Origin: Pelomyxa schiedti
Lineage: Eukaryota; Protista; Evosea
Assembly: GCA_020536535.1 (NCBI GenBank)
Contig: JAHLWZ010000448.1
Span: 62,001 to 126,000 of the forward strand
Direction of reading: 5' to 3'
DNA: 64,000 nt
The notes under the pieces are model-generated. The model searched no databases. It was not told where the DNA came from and worked only from the letters and a program-made list of their open reading frames with translations. This document shows positions 31,246 to 46,080 of this stretch, one piece after another (the stretch's first letter is position 1; each line of letters begins with the position of its first letter). The position numbers and the translations under genes were made by a program.

Positions 31246-32261
31246 ATGGATGCTAGCGATTCTTCTAGTAGTAGTTCCCTTCCGGCTCCACAAACGGGTG
31301 TCTGTGCTGCTAATGTTACAGTTACAAAGAGGTGAGCGAAACGAGTGATTACTATATTTTAAATGCATACATTATTGTCTAACAGCGATCACAGAGAGCG
31401 GAAGAGAATATGCATGTCAAAGCAAATGAAGAGGATTTCATGCAAGTGTTCAAGGAAGATTATATTGGCACAGCCTCCGAGCCCACAAGAAGCTCATCTT
31501 GCCGCCGAAAGTGAAGCCTACAGCTCCCACAATGAGCACTCGGACACAGCCATTGTAGCCACATATACTCCAACTGAGTACAAAGGAACCTGGAGGCTGC
31601 TCAGTCCCGGTCTCATTCTGTGCTGTGTAGCAGAACCACCGGGGAATGCACAGTCCGGGCTACCACTTAAGAACGGCTACTGGCTAGAAGTGCGTGATGG
31701 CGGCGAGATTGGCACAATTGATCCCAGAACAGTGCTGAGGTTCGCTGACGGCGAGTTGTTCTCGGCCCATAACTTCCTATTTGCAAATGAGACCACAACT
31801 GGGAACACAAAGAAGGGATTCGAAGGCATGCTTACTTTCCGGGTGATTGTATTCTCCTCAGGCAGGTGGATCAAGACACCTCACTGCATAGGTCAAATAC
31901 TCTCTCCCTCTATTGTTCATTCCCTCTTCTTTTTTCAACCCTCATCTGACATCAATCCCATGTGCCGCTCAAAACAATCCTACCATTCATCCGGATATGT
32001 ATATCTGCTGACAATCCAATAGTCACAAGGCCCACATTGATCGCCAAACGGCAGCGCCAGATTACCACAGCTGCTTCCACAACAACAACCACAACGACAG
32101 CCACCGGTTTGTCCACCACGCCAAATTCTTCATTCACTCCCACATCTAGCCCTGATTCGCAGTCACAGTCCAGCCCCGATGTGCCGCATTCGGAGTCTTA
32201 CTTGGGACCGCTCAATGAGGACTATGGGCTCAACACTCTGTTCCATCCCTTGTTGTTGTAA
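31246..32261 (+). CDS. Hypothetical protein (3 putative exons), basic NLS-like motif and S/T-rich tail
   Basis: In-frame GT-AG joins (31331-31385; 31892-32021) link MDASDSSS... to the 219-aa ORF and TRPTLIAKRQR...; no recognisable family. Confidence 0.5.
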
Positions 32262-32394
32262 CCAACAACACAGAACCCCTCAGCAGTTTCTTACGAAGCA
32301 GTGCACAGCACTTAAAAACCTCGGGATAGATGATCAAATGAATAGAATTTTTGGTGGTTTTTTAAAAACAAGAAACAGTTTTCCGTTTATCTCA

Positions 32395-33677
32395 TCAAAG
32401 GGAAAACAGCTGCAGGCATTCTTCTTCAATGGGGTGTGTTGTTCCAGGAATGACAAGGCAATGCAAGGGACTCCCAAAATCATGGTGAAGAAGCTGCTCC
32501 ATTGTGCCATATACTATGTGTTGTGAGGGTGTGCCAACTCTGGCCATCCCAACTACTTTGGTCTGTGCATTGTATACTGAAAGGAGGATATGTGAGCATC
32601 ACAGTAAATATGGGATATTACCACACCATTTTCTCGAAGAGAGTCCTCCACCTCAAGAAGCTGGGCCAGTGCGGTATTGACTGTCATGAACCGTGGTGGC
32701 TCATATATAAGCCTACCTCTGAGCATGTTTTCTTCTGATTGCTCCTTCACTTTGATATCTGCATGCAAGTGTGGGCTGGAAATTGTCAAAGGGGAGTTAT
32801 GTTTATAAAGACATACCAAGGAGCACCAATGTATGGAAGCCCTGTCTTCTGTTGATGGCAATCTTAGGGTAAAAAGAAGTCGGTTTCCATTTCTCTACGT
32901 CGACAATCAGCAGACAATTGAAATAACTTATGTTTATACCCGTAAAAAAGCATAAGGAGACAGAGGGGCCAAAGTTATACAACTGCAGTCCGCAACATCC
33001 AATGGCAGTCATTATAGAAGTATTATGAATCACCTTTGAGACTCATCAGGTACCACACTTATAGGAAACCCCGCACCTCTACTGGAATATTTTCGGCTCT
33101 GGCTCGTATGAAGAAGTCGGCATGCGTTGTCGCACTGCAACATGTAAAAAAAAAAAAAAAAAAGTAGACGAGTAATGTTCACAAACCAAAAAGGGTCACC
33201 AACAACGAGTAATGCAACTCTCATAGTTTTAGCAGGGCCAATAATTTCCTCGGGTCTTGATTCTATCATCTCTCGGTCAGCCACAACAATTGCTTTCCCA
33301 TACAGTGCTTCCTATCCCACCCCAACCACCAAAACCAAAAACTTAGTGTTTTCTCTTTCTAGTAGCGTTTTGTGAGGGTTTTTGTGCTTGGTGATTGGTG
33401 TTTTTCCTTTAAATAAAAAACGTGCGCCCGCGCAACCAAACAAACAAACAAAAAAAAAAAAACAAACCATGCTTTGTAGATTCGTGTGCGGCAAAATGGA
33501 AGTGTACGCCTCGAGGAACACTTTTTGACAGGACCGCACGGCGTCGAGCCCCCGCAGCGTTATGTCCCTCTCATCCCCCAGCCCCAGTCCAACAACGAAC
33601 AGTTTCCCTCCCTCTCCCTCCGATCTACTGGCACTAGTAGGTGCGTCGGTAACTGTCGCTTTTTCGGAAGAAGACAT
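32395..33677 (-). CDS. DPH5: Diphthine methyl ester synthase; multi-exon
   Basis: [101 protein letters not shown]. Confidence 0.96.
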
Positions 33678-35771
33678 TGTTCTCCGCAGCTTAGTGAGAT
33701 AGACTTTGGATCGCGGGATTAGAATAGCAAGAGATTCACCAAAGCTAAGCTTGACACCTTTGGAACCATTCCCCTGCGTAGCATTTATAAGATCTCCGTT
33801 TCAACGAGATCACAATGGAGTTACCAACTGTGCCTTGCCACAGACACAGTACGAAGGCTTGTTCTTCCGGATATTGAAAAGGCATCCCACACCAATGGTG
33901 ACAGAGAACCCCTTACAACCGGTTTTCAGAAAAAAATTAAAACCAACTCAGTATTGTTGGAGACAGAGAATTTGATCCTTTTGCTGGTTGAGGTGATAGT
34001 GAATTTAGTTTGAAAAAACTGTGGCCACGTCAATCTCATTACACAACTCAGAGAAGAAGGTAGGAAAAGGTGTGTCCCACTCAACCCCTGGTGAAATTAT
34101 AAACCTCACACACTCAGGAAACACCATGAAGTGAAGCCCAGCAAGAGAAGTCACCAGCAGTGAAACTCCAACTCTGCCTCCCATGTAAACCCCCTTACAT
34201 TCTCTTATGCGACACAATGACTTGGTTTCATCCAGCTCCTCCACTTATTGATGTAACTAACTCACTTTTGGTGGTGCCTAATTCAACAACCTTTAACATG
34301 GTGTCCTCAAAGTGTCGCATGTGTAGTTTTGCATTGCCTACTCAAATAATTAAGGTGTGAAAGTTTCTGTGGTGAACTCAACAGAAGGCATTGGACACTG
34401 GTTCAATGTTCCATACAAGAGGTGTCGGATACTTATAAAGTGAGATGTGTGTTTTCTGTGCCTCAGTATTGCCAAATATGATTTGAACATGCCATGGGTT
34501 GCAGTTGCACATGGTGGCAATGTAGTTGACATTATTTTGACCCAACCTATCTCTGCACTTAGACTTTAGATACTCTTCTTACTGATTGGGATTTTCTGAT
34601 GGGAATTCCTTTTGAAACTCTAACAGCAAATATCAGAATTTTGGTCTTTTCTCCATTCCAATCATCCTGAAATTTAGTATCTTTAATTCAAACTGAGGAT
34701 CAGCTTCTCTCTGACAGATCTGTCTACTGCTCTCCAAAACTCATTGACATGTCCTCTGTGTTTTATTAAAGAGATTAAGAGAGGTGGCTGTGGTGAGGGG
34801 AAGAAACCAGAGACTCTAATATTATTCCTTGATGATAGCAACTCTTTCAATAGAGGTTAGCCATAAGGAAAAGTACAGTGTTCCGGTCTGTTGATTATTT
34901 TATTCAGCCAATTGTTTGTTACATCTTATTTCCAATCAAAGTTATATCAGCAAAGATAACAGTTAGTTAAATCCTGTGCAACAAGTTGGTGCAGTTCTTC
35001 CACAGCTCTACTTCGTAAATCAGTGTTACCCAAAGATAAGGCCCATGTCACTGAACAAAAAAATGTTAAAAAAAAAAAAATGCAAAATTTTGTGTTTTCC
35101 ACAAATCCATATCTTAGGAAATCTTTTCTGCAAGTTTCATATCTCCTCTTGATGAAATGTGGAGTTGTTACCTCTTCTCCCAGTGGTATCCCCTATCACA
35201 TTTAATTTCATGTCAAGATTAGATCCTATATAGGACACCTTTGACCTGCTCTTGTATCATCAGGAATTGGTTATGACATGGTCTGCATCTAAATGGAGTG
35301 AAAGGTGGAAAAATGAAAATACTTGGAGACAGCTGTTTGAGCTGTGATGATGATTTGATTGCATGAATCAAGGGAACTTGGTGGTGGCTCTGAAATTAGT
35401 TAAGAGAGATCAGAATAGGAAGAGCTGTGAGCACTCACTAAGTCAGAGCAATTAAGAAGAAGCATGATAAGAAGTGGCTGGTATGCAACACATTTCCTGG
35501 ACATATTTCAGTGCCAAGCATATTTCATTTCCTTCAAACCTCAAGTCCTCAGTTGGGTTTTCAGAAAACTGCAGGTCAAGCACATTTGCGGAAAATCCAT
35601 TTCCAATCAGAACAGCAGTACACTACACACTCGTAATAGTGACTTAGCTTTTCTGGCACAAGACCAAATAACTCAAACACAACAATACTTTATTCGACAC
35701 TCAATCAATTTAACAACCAATTTAACAACCATTGTGATCTTGTTGAAACGGAATCTTATAAATGCTGCACA

Positions 35772-37031
35772 CAACGGACCCCCACACTGTTTAAACGGTT
35801 TAAACGCTTTCGGAATCACATTCAAAAGCGTTTCAAAACGGATTCAAACCAGGTTTAAACCCTTTTGGAATCCCCTTTGTTGGATACCAAGGAAACATTT
35901 TTTTTTTGCTACGTTCGAGTACTTCAACATCCATGTGGTGACATCGCGTTCTGTTGCTTCGTTGTGTTACTCTGTTGCTCTTTTCATTCGCATCGTTTTG
36001 CATTGCAATGCACCTTCATTATGGTTCATCGTCGTCATTATCTGCTCTATCTACTGTGGTGTTACTCCAACAAGCTGTTGTTCTCTGTGACACTCTGTTA
36101 TGCCGATTTTTCCTTCTAAGGCATAATAAAACCCCAAACCACATTATTTTATTATGGTGGATATTTCCGACACAGAAGCGGACATTTTCGGCATGGAAGT
36201 GGACATTTTCGGCATGGAAGCGGATATTTCCGGCACTGAAACGATCATTTCCGGCACTACCAGCATGCACTCTGCAATGAGATTAGCGCGGAAATCATGA
36301 GGATCATACGTACAACACCCAGCAAGTGTTTTATTCAACGCGGGAATGCTACAAACCACCAAATCACTGGTCAATTCCAAAGCTAGTGATGGTGTATCCC
36401 TGTGATGGACCTCAGCATTGTATATTGCAGTCCCATCACACCTTCTGGATGTTATTTTGCCTTGCAAGACGTTATTTTGGGAATAAAAGAAGTTGACACA
36501 CAGTTATCCTTGCGGTAGCTCCCAAGGGCACTTGATTGTTATCTACTTTTTTTTGGAGTGGCATGTTAGTCTGGTGGGAAGGTTTGCCAGCTCCTTCCTT
36601 CCGCATTACACCACAAAGTAAGTCCCACTCCATGCAAAGAACGGTGGGAAAGCCTGGCATTTTGTAAGCATGCTTTCAATACCAAAAAATGAAAGAAAGT
36701 GGCAAACCTGATAAGAGCTCCCAATGTTGACCACGATTGCCGCGGACCTCACATTGTTGACTGCCGTCATCGTTGGACCTCGGCTGTTGACCACTGCAGA
36801 AGGGCTTGGTCATTTATCGTTGCGTTACCACTGCCCGCGGAGTTTGCCCCCACTGGTCACAGCACCATCTGTCGACATTGCCTGCAGCTGCACAGAAACA
36901 AGTTCTGCCCAAACGAAAGGAAACAAAGTGGGTAAAGCAAAGCGTTTAAAAGGGATTCAAAAGCGATTCAAAACGGATTCTAAAGCGTTTAAAAGCCTTT
37001 AAAAGCTTATCACGGGTGTGTGGGTCCGTTG
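35772..37031. mobile_element. Non-autonomous TIR DNA transposon (1260 bp) with 16-bp TIRs, ~11-bp subterminal repeats and 2-bp CA target-site duplication
   Basis: Left end caacggacccccacac and right end gtgtgtgggtccgttg (15/16 match); CA on both flanks; gattcaaaagc/tttaaacg arrays at 35790-35874 and 36940-37008; removing element plus one CA restores colinearity with the left outer TIR. Confidence 0.85.
36157..36261 (+). repeat. 21-bp tandem repeat, 5 copies (gyggayatttycggcaykgaa-like)
   Basis: gtggatatttccgacacagaa / gcggacattttcggcatggaa / gtggacattttcggcatggaa / gcggatatttccggcactgaa / acgatcatttccggcactacc. Confidence 0.9.
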
Positions 37032-37113
37032 CAGGGGAATGGTGCCAAAGGTGTCAAGCTTAGCTTTGGTGAATCTCTTGCCATTCTAATCCCGCGATCC
37101 AAAGTCTATCTCA

Positions 37114-39777
<2,664 letters not shown>

Positions 39778-40051
39778 TGTTTCTTTTATTTGTTTGGTGT
39801 GTAGATAAAATTTCGTGGTTCGCCTAAAAACATGTTTCCTTCGCCGAAAGTGCACTAGCAGATATTGAAGAACTTCCTTGATTCAGCCATATATAGCTTG
39901 TGCCTTGATTCAATCGAATTCGAATGTTTAATGCGAAACATGAACGGAAAAATGTAACATTACACAATTGGCTGAACTTTGTGCGACTTTTTCTTTTCAG
40001 GATCTTCTTTTGTCTTTTCTACGACCACTAATTCTCATTTACACAACACAA

Positions 40052-42553
40052 ATGAAGGATGAGGAAGCAAGGCTCCTGGGCGCGGCGTCGTCGTCTCCTA
40101 CGACTTGTTCCTTTGGTTCGAAAAACGTTGTGCGTGAAACACAACGAGGCGATGTTGTTGCAACCGAAACAACAACCACAAAGAGCTGCAAATTGAGCAG
40201 GTTCCACGTAATGATGTTGGCTTGGTTGAATGTGGTGTTACCTTGCCAAGAACTAATGTTGGTGTCAGCAACACCAGAAATTTCCAACGAATATGGACTG
40301 GAGTACATTGGTATTAATCTTTTTTTTTTTTTAATTTCAAGTCATGGCTTATCTTATGCTCTTTGGCGCACAAAACACAGGGTGGGTGCAGTCAGGTTTC
40401 ATGTTGAGCGGAGTTGTAACTGTACCTCTATTTGTTCAGCTTGGAACAAAGTTTGGCAGGAAGTCTGTGACTATAGTCGCTGTGGCACTTTACTTAGTGG
40501 TCACAATTGCAGCTGGCTTCTCCCCTGGAATTTTCTACCTCATACTCTGCCGACTCCTCCAGGCAAGGAAAACTTTCAGTTGTCAGTGCTACAAGTAATT
40601 TTTCCATTAGGGTGCGTGTGCTGGAATCATCCCAGTCATCCTTTCCGAGGTGAGGGAGTATGGGGCACAGGGATCTGATGCAGTCCTCTATTCCATGAAC
40701 GGCATGGGCATCGTATTGGGCTTGATATTGGGAGGTCTCCTAGTGTCAGTTCTAGACTGGCACTACCTCTTTTTTGTTGTGGGCTTTTTGGTTCTTATAC
40801 CGCTCAGCTTAATATTGCTCTCGATGGTCCCAGGATGGTCAAAAATAATGCCTCTCTCCAACATAAGAAAGGTAAATTGGATAAACACGAATTGTAATAA
40901 TGCAATAACTAAGGAAGCACACGTTGATGTTGTTGGATGCAGTCAACTTGGCTTGGCATCTCTTTTTTTGATGATCACAATTACGGAAGGAGATGTATGG
41001 GGTTGGTATTCTACAAGCACCATATTCGGATTTTTGCTGAGTGGATGTCTATTTTGGTTATTCACAATCTGGGAGCTTGGAAGAGAGGCCCAAGGCAAGT
41101 CAGTTGTGTTTTCCATCGCAATTCTGTTTGGCCAGGCAATGATTGTCATTTCTTGTAGTAAGTTTTACCTTTTTTTGTCCATGAAAATTCTAAAATTCAA
41201 CAGTTGCTGTATTGAATGCTGTAGTTTCGAACGGATTTTACCAAGTGATGCCTTTTTTCATGGGGGCTCCAATTGGAGCTCCAACCAATGGGTTGGGGAT
41301 TGACGAGCAATGGAAAGTTGGACTTCTGATGAGCATTGTTCCATTTGAATTCATCATTTTCTGTTTTCTTGTCAGCATGTTGGCAAAAAGGAGGCTGTGG
41401 GTGATAATAATGGTTTCATTGGGAAGCTTTGCACTCTGCATCGCATTTCTTCTTTTTCTCGTTGCTGATGAAGTGTGGAATACCGCTCTCTTGGAGGCTC
41501 TGCTTGGAGCGGCATTTGTATTTTCCAGTGTTCCTGTGATTTCAGCTGTTGGGTACATCACAGTCTTCATTTCCTTTTTCCTAAATATGATTCTTTCCAG
41601 GCACCTGGTTCCAGACAACTGTTACCCATCTGCAGTGGCGTTCCTGCAGTCGGAACGTTTCTTTGGGCAAGCTCTGGGACCAATTTTGGTGAATGCAGTG
41701 ATGGATCAGAACGCAGTGACAATGGTAGTTGGGTGTAGTAGTGCCTCAGGAGGAGCGTCGTCGTCATCGGCAGAATCATGTGGAACCAATGAAATTTGGC
41801 CAACATCAAAGGGATTTACGATTATGTGGATTATGCTTGCCGCCATTGCACTCTTGAGCTGGGGATTTTCGATGCTGTTTTATTTATTCCCTGTAAGAGA
41901 GGTTCCAGAGTTCTATTCAGTTCCACCACCTGCAGTGCCTCTTTCAACTTCTTCCCGTTGGAGAAATCCATTTCGAACTCGGAGACGGCGAGTTACACTT
42001 CCAGATTATTCTGGCAACATCCTCACATCTCCTCCTGAAAATGCAAAGCTTGTTGTTACAGCTGATGGAACGCCACGTGCCTATTTTGTTTCTGACAGTA
42101 AGAGTCCCAGTGGAAGACGTGGCTAACTTACCTCAGGCTCAATTGGTGGAACAACTGGGTATTGCTCCAACATGTATGGGGAACTAATTGCTTATGTCAA
42201 GGAAACACAAGGCAACATTTGTGTTTTATCCAAGTTGTCTCTTCCTCCTTGTATTTTTTTTTCCTTCCAAATTAATTACGGGTAGGGCCTCGGAACTTCT
42301 TGGGAAAGTGAATGAAGTAACTGGCCAGTTAATGACCACTGACAACACGGGACTACGGGCTTACATAGCCAACATAAAAGAGAATTCATTATTCCTTGCC
42401 ACTAACGAGTATGAACCTCTTGGAAATATTTCCTGTTCCACTGGCCAGTTGCTTGCTCCAGATGGCAGCAGGTTACTTTGCCAGTTCTCAAATGTTGACA
42501 GGACAAACTGGTACACTATTTTTATTCACAACACACAAGAGTATAGGCCTTGA
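40052..42553 (+). CDS. Major facilitator superfamily transporter (DHA2/14-TM-like) with C-terminal soluble extension; multi-exon
   Basis: QLGTKFGRK motif A, CRLLQG, GIVLGLILGGLL, DWHYLFF, VDVVG, many hydrophobic helices; introns 42098-42136 and ~42234-42285 extend the frame to the stop at 42553. Confidence 0.85.
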
Positions 42554-42809
42554 TGACCAACCTTTCTTTCACAAACAAACAAAGGTTACTGATCATTGCT
42601 TACTTGTGCCTCATTGACCCAGGCGTACTTCATACTTAAATCGCAAAGAAATTTGGTTGTCAACTGACATATGGATCAGTGGGCCAGTGAGGAATTACAG
42701 CTAGGTGCACCTACCTGGATCCTTGTCCCCCTACTAAAGACAAAGAAAAAAAAAAATTGGTTGTCACATAGTGACAGGACGCAATAATCGTTATCGGTGA
42801 CTCCAACAA

Positions 42810-43260
42810 ATGCGGGGACAAGGTGGTGTGTGGCGGCGACGGGTGTGTGGATTCCAGTGGGGCAGCGACAGGCACAGCGGTGGCTGCCATGGGGGGGGCT
42901 ACATCATTGGTGACACCAAGTGCGGCGACGAGTGCAGGCGACCCGAGTGCGGGGATGGGTGTGATGGTGGGACGAGTGCAACAAAGGGTACTTCAACTGG
43001 ATTGCTACAACAGGTGCCACACTACTACGGTGTTGATGGTAATGCAGCCTTGATTTTCATATATTGATGTTGTGTAGATGTAATAAATGTTGATAGTGAC
43101 GACTCTGGTGATAGAAACTCATCAAGTTCCTCTTTCTGTATGTGAATTTAATTGAAAAATACAAAGAGGTTAACCCTGCACTTGTTGCCGCACCCGTCGC
43201 CGCAACCGTTGCTGTACCCTTCACCACACCCCTTCGCTGCACCCGTCACTACACTCGTCT
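42810..43260. repeat. Inverted pair of degenerate 12-bp tandem arrays (consensus GACGGGTGCGGC) flanking an AT-rich spacer; foldback/MITE-like
   Basis: Units such as tgcggcgacgagtgcagg (42921) mirrored by cctgcacttgttgccgca (43175) and cacccgtcgccgca (43191). Confidence 0.6.
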
Positions 43261-43493
43261 AATTCTTTCTCAAATAAATTAATGGTAAAGTGGTTGATCT
43301 TCAGTTCTGAAGACTTTTTGAATGAAGATACTTCTTCTCTTAGTGTATAACGAAATCCATGACAGTGACTTTTGCAGAATCCCCCCTCAAGAGATTCTAG
43401 TCCTCCTGACCTTCATGAACAGGTGAACTATGGAGTCTTGATGTTCATGAACATGTTGTCGTGAAACAACCAAATGTGAAATTGCCACGGTTG

Positions 43494-43907
43494 TCACTCA
43501 GACATCTGCACTTTGTTGCTTATAATGATCACTGAGGTCAGTGCCTTCTTCAGCAGGCTCATGGTGTTTTCCTCTGCTGTGCCCCATTTCCATTCCCCTG
43601 TGAGGCGTTTGTTCAAGGTATGCACCTTGTCAATGTAGTTCTTGATGTACTTACGATAGATAGTCTGAGTTCTCCTTGCTCTTTGGTGCTGGCATGTCAA
43701 CAATAGTTCCTATCTTGTCTGGGTCCGGTCTGCAGCTTTGACCAGTATGAATTCTCCCAAAGATGTGTTGTTGACGTTACTCCAGGGGCATACACCTGCT
43801 TCTTCCTTCTCGAGTCTCCGCTTCTCTGAGTTCACAGTATTGCGTTTGATATTGATTGGATGTCTGTTAGTTCTATTCTGTAGTGCTCTAGCCCTTGATC
43901 TCTCCAA
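43494..43907 (-). mobile_element. Degenerate Ty3/Gypsy LTR-retrotransposon pol (RT) fragments
   Basis: IYRKYIKNY.DKV.TLNKRL..EWKW...EE..M.LLKKALTS resembles the Gypsy RT thumb/connection; EAGVCPWS....S...ILVK.ADR..R resembles the RT start; stops and a large internal deletion; PPT-like GAGGGGGG at 43381-43388. Confidence 0.65.
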
Positions 43908-44606
43908 GCTCTTCCGGCTTTACAAAAGTCACAGCCCACCTTAGGTTCTTGAAAATATAAAAAAAAAATTCGTTTTGGTGAATCCGAGTCTTGTTCTCAG
44001 TCGTGGGTGGCGGGAAAATCTCTTTTGGATTTAGCTGGCCCAAAGGGTGGAACTGTGCCTGGTCCTGCAGCAGTCCTCGTGTCTGGAAGGGAGAAAGGAT
44101 TTTTTTTTGCCCAAGAGTCACCAGTCCACTCTTCAACGATTTCTTGAACATCAGTTGAAGCTGTGCCATGTCAATCCCATCAGAAGGAGATGTTGGGAAT
44201 TTGATTGTTGACATCAAAGGCATTTTGTCCTTGAATGTCTCCCCCTGGAAGAAGAAGAAATCGATGTTAAAATTGACCACATATATATAGGGTAGAGAGA
44301 TAGGTTAAATACATCAACACACAACAGTGGGCCACTGTATCATAGCATACCCAACCAAGAAGGTGTTTCGTCTAATTGGTTACATATTACACAAAACACC
44401 AAATAAAAAGAACCATAAATAAAAACGTCTGTAGTACAAAGTGGCTGAATAAAAAAAACACCAGACCCCATTGGCAAGTGGTTTGACTTGGCAAAAAAAG
44501 GCTTCTGAAAAGAGACCATCTTCCAACGAAAACCCCAAGACACCCTCTAATGGTTTTTTTTGATTTAGAGAAAAGAATACAGAGCAAAATGGTTCCAATT
44601 ATTTGT

Positions 44607-46043
44607 TCAGAGCTCTTTCATTACATCTGTTGCCAGAGTTAGTGTAAAACGGCATTTTACTTTTTTACATGGTTCTTTTTTTGCTTGCTGTTCTTGTACC
44701 CTTTGTAGTGCATTCTGAGCCTCGTCATCACCTTTTTCGGCTGCAAGTTGATACAGCCTAGCAGCTTCCTGTATGTCAACCGGAACACCAAGTCCCAATT
44801 CATAACATTTTCCAAGAAGAGCATACCCCAAAACACTACCTTTCTGGACTGCGGTCTTTAGCAGTCTCACTGCTTCTTTCTCATCTCGCTTAATTCCCCC
44901 AACACCCCTCAAATGCAGTCCAGCCAGGCCAGCTTTACCATCAGCATTTCCACCTTTCGATGCTTTTTTGAACAGCTTTGCGGCCTGTTTGTCATCGGTG
45001 GGTACACCCAAGCCAAGTTCATAGCATCTCCCTAGGGTTGCCTGTGCTTCATGGTCTCCATCTTTGGCGGCAAGTGTCAACAACTCTACAGCTTTTCTTT
45101 CATCTTTGTCAACTCCATGTCCTACCAGATACATAGACCCAAGTGTGGTCTGTGCCTTTAACTCTCCTTTCTGGGCTGCAATAGAATACAACCGGGTGAT
45201 TTCACCATAGTTTGGTTCCCCGTTATTGTCAACAGCAGATAACGAGATGATGGCATCAATGTTCCCCTGCTCAGCAGCCAAAGCAAACAGTTTTTTCGCT
45301 TCCGCCTCGCGCTCTTCCTTTGGCAGTGTGCTGTCCTCCTGATGCAGCCACAGGACACCCAGGTTGTACTGGGCATCGGCATACCCCTGTGCCGCAGCGT
45401 ACCCATACATCATAGCCGCGTTCTCCAAGCTCTTCTGCAGCCCCCCAAGCCCCCTCTCATACATATAGCCCAAGTTATTCAGCGCAGCCGGCAAGCCCTG
45501 GTCCGCAGCCAGAGTGTACAACACCACGGCATATTCCAGGTTCTTCTCCACCCCCTCACCAGACTGGTACAACTGGCCAAGAGAAAACTGAGCCGGTGCA
45601 TACCCCCTGAAGCTCGCCATTCCCAGAATTTGAGCCGCCTGCTCGTCGCTCTGCCTCACGCCGAAGCCGGTGCGGTAGCAGTTGGCCAGATTGACCTGGG
45701 CGCCGGCGTGGCCCCGCGCGGCCGCGTGCTCGAATTGCACAAAGGCAGCGATGGGGTCGTAGACCGCCGGGTCCGTGGAGGTCGCCAGTTCGACGCCGCG
45801 GGTGTTCATCTCGTCGGACGCGGCGTCCGACAGGCCGCACTCGTCGGCTTCGCAGCGCCGGACGCCGACCGGGGTCTTGTCGCTCTCCGAGACTGTGAAT
45901 GGGGACTTGGCCTTTGGCGACGATTTCTCGACGTCGCTCAGGGGTCTTGGCCGGAACGAGCTGGACGTCCACAGCTGCGGGGGCCGCGAGGCTCCCACAA
46001 TTACCAAGCACAGCGCCACCAGTACCGCAACCACCCCTCTCAT
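44607..46043 (-). CDS. Secreted Sel1-like repeat protein, intronless
   Basis: Signal peptide MRGVVAVLVALCLVIVGAS; about 9-10 Sel1 repeats (AQ..LG..Y..G.GV..D...A..L...AA..G). Confidence 0.9.
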   Translation of the reverse strand: MRGVVAVLVALCLVIVGASRPPQLWTSSSFRPRPLSDVEKSSPKAKSPFTVSESDKTPVGVRRCEADECGLSDAASDEMNTRGVELATSTDPAVYDPIAAFVQFEHAAARGHAGAQVNLANCYRTGFGVRQSDEQAAQILGMASFRGYAPAQFSLGQLYQSGEGVEKNLEYAVVLYTLAADQGLPAALNNLGYMYERGLGGLQKSLENAAMMYGYAAAQGYADAQYNLGVLWLHQEDSTLPKEEREAEAKKLFALAAEQGNIDAIISLSAVDNNGEPNYGEITRLYSIAAQKGELKAQTTLGSMYLVGHGVDKDERKAVELLTLAAKDGDHEAQATLGRCYELGLGVPTDDKQAAKLFKKASKGGNADGKAGLAGLHLRGVGGIKRDEKEAVRLLKTAVQKGSVLGYALLGKCYELGLGVPVDIQEAARLYQLAAEKGDDEAQNALQRVQEQQAKKEPCKKVKCRFTLTLATDVMKEL

Positions 46044-46080
46044 TCTCGTTTGAAATTTTTGTTGTCTCCCGTTTCGCGAA

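Noticed and set aside
36157-36261. Regularly spaced 21-bp repeats as a CRISPR array
   Set aside because: Units are directly adjacent with no unique spacers; eukaryotic context with no cas genes
43888-44280. 130-aa ORF as gag or a real gene
   Set aside because: No recognisable motifs; flanked by homopolymer tracts; cannot be supported
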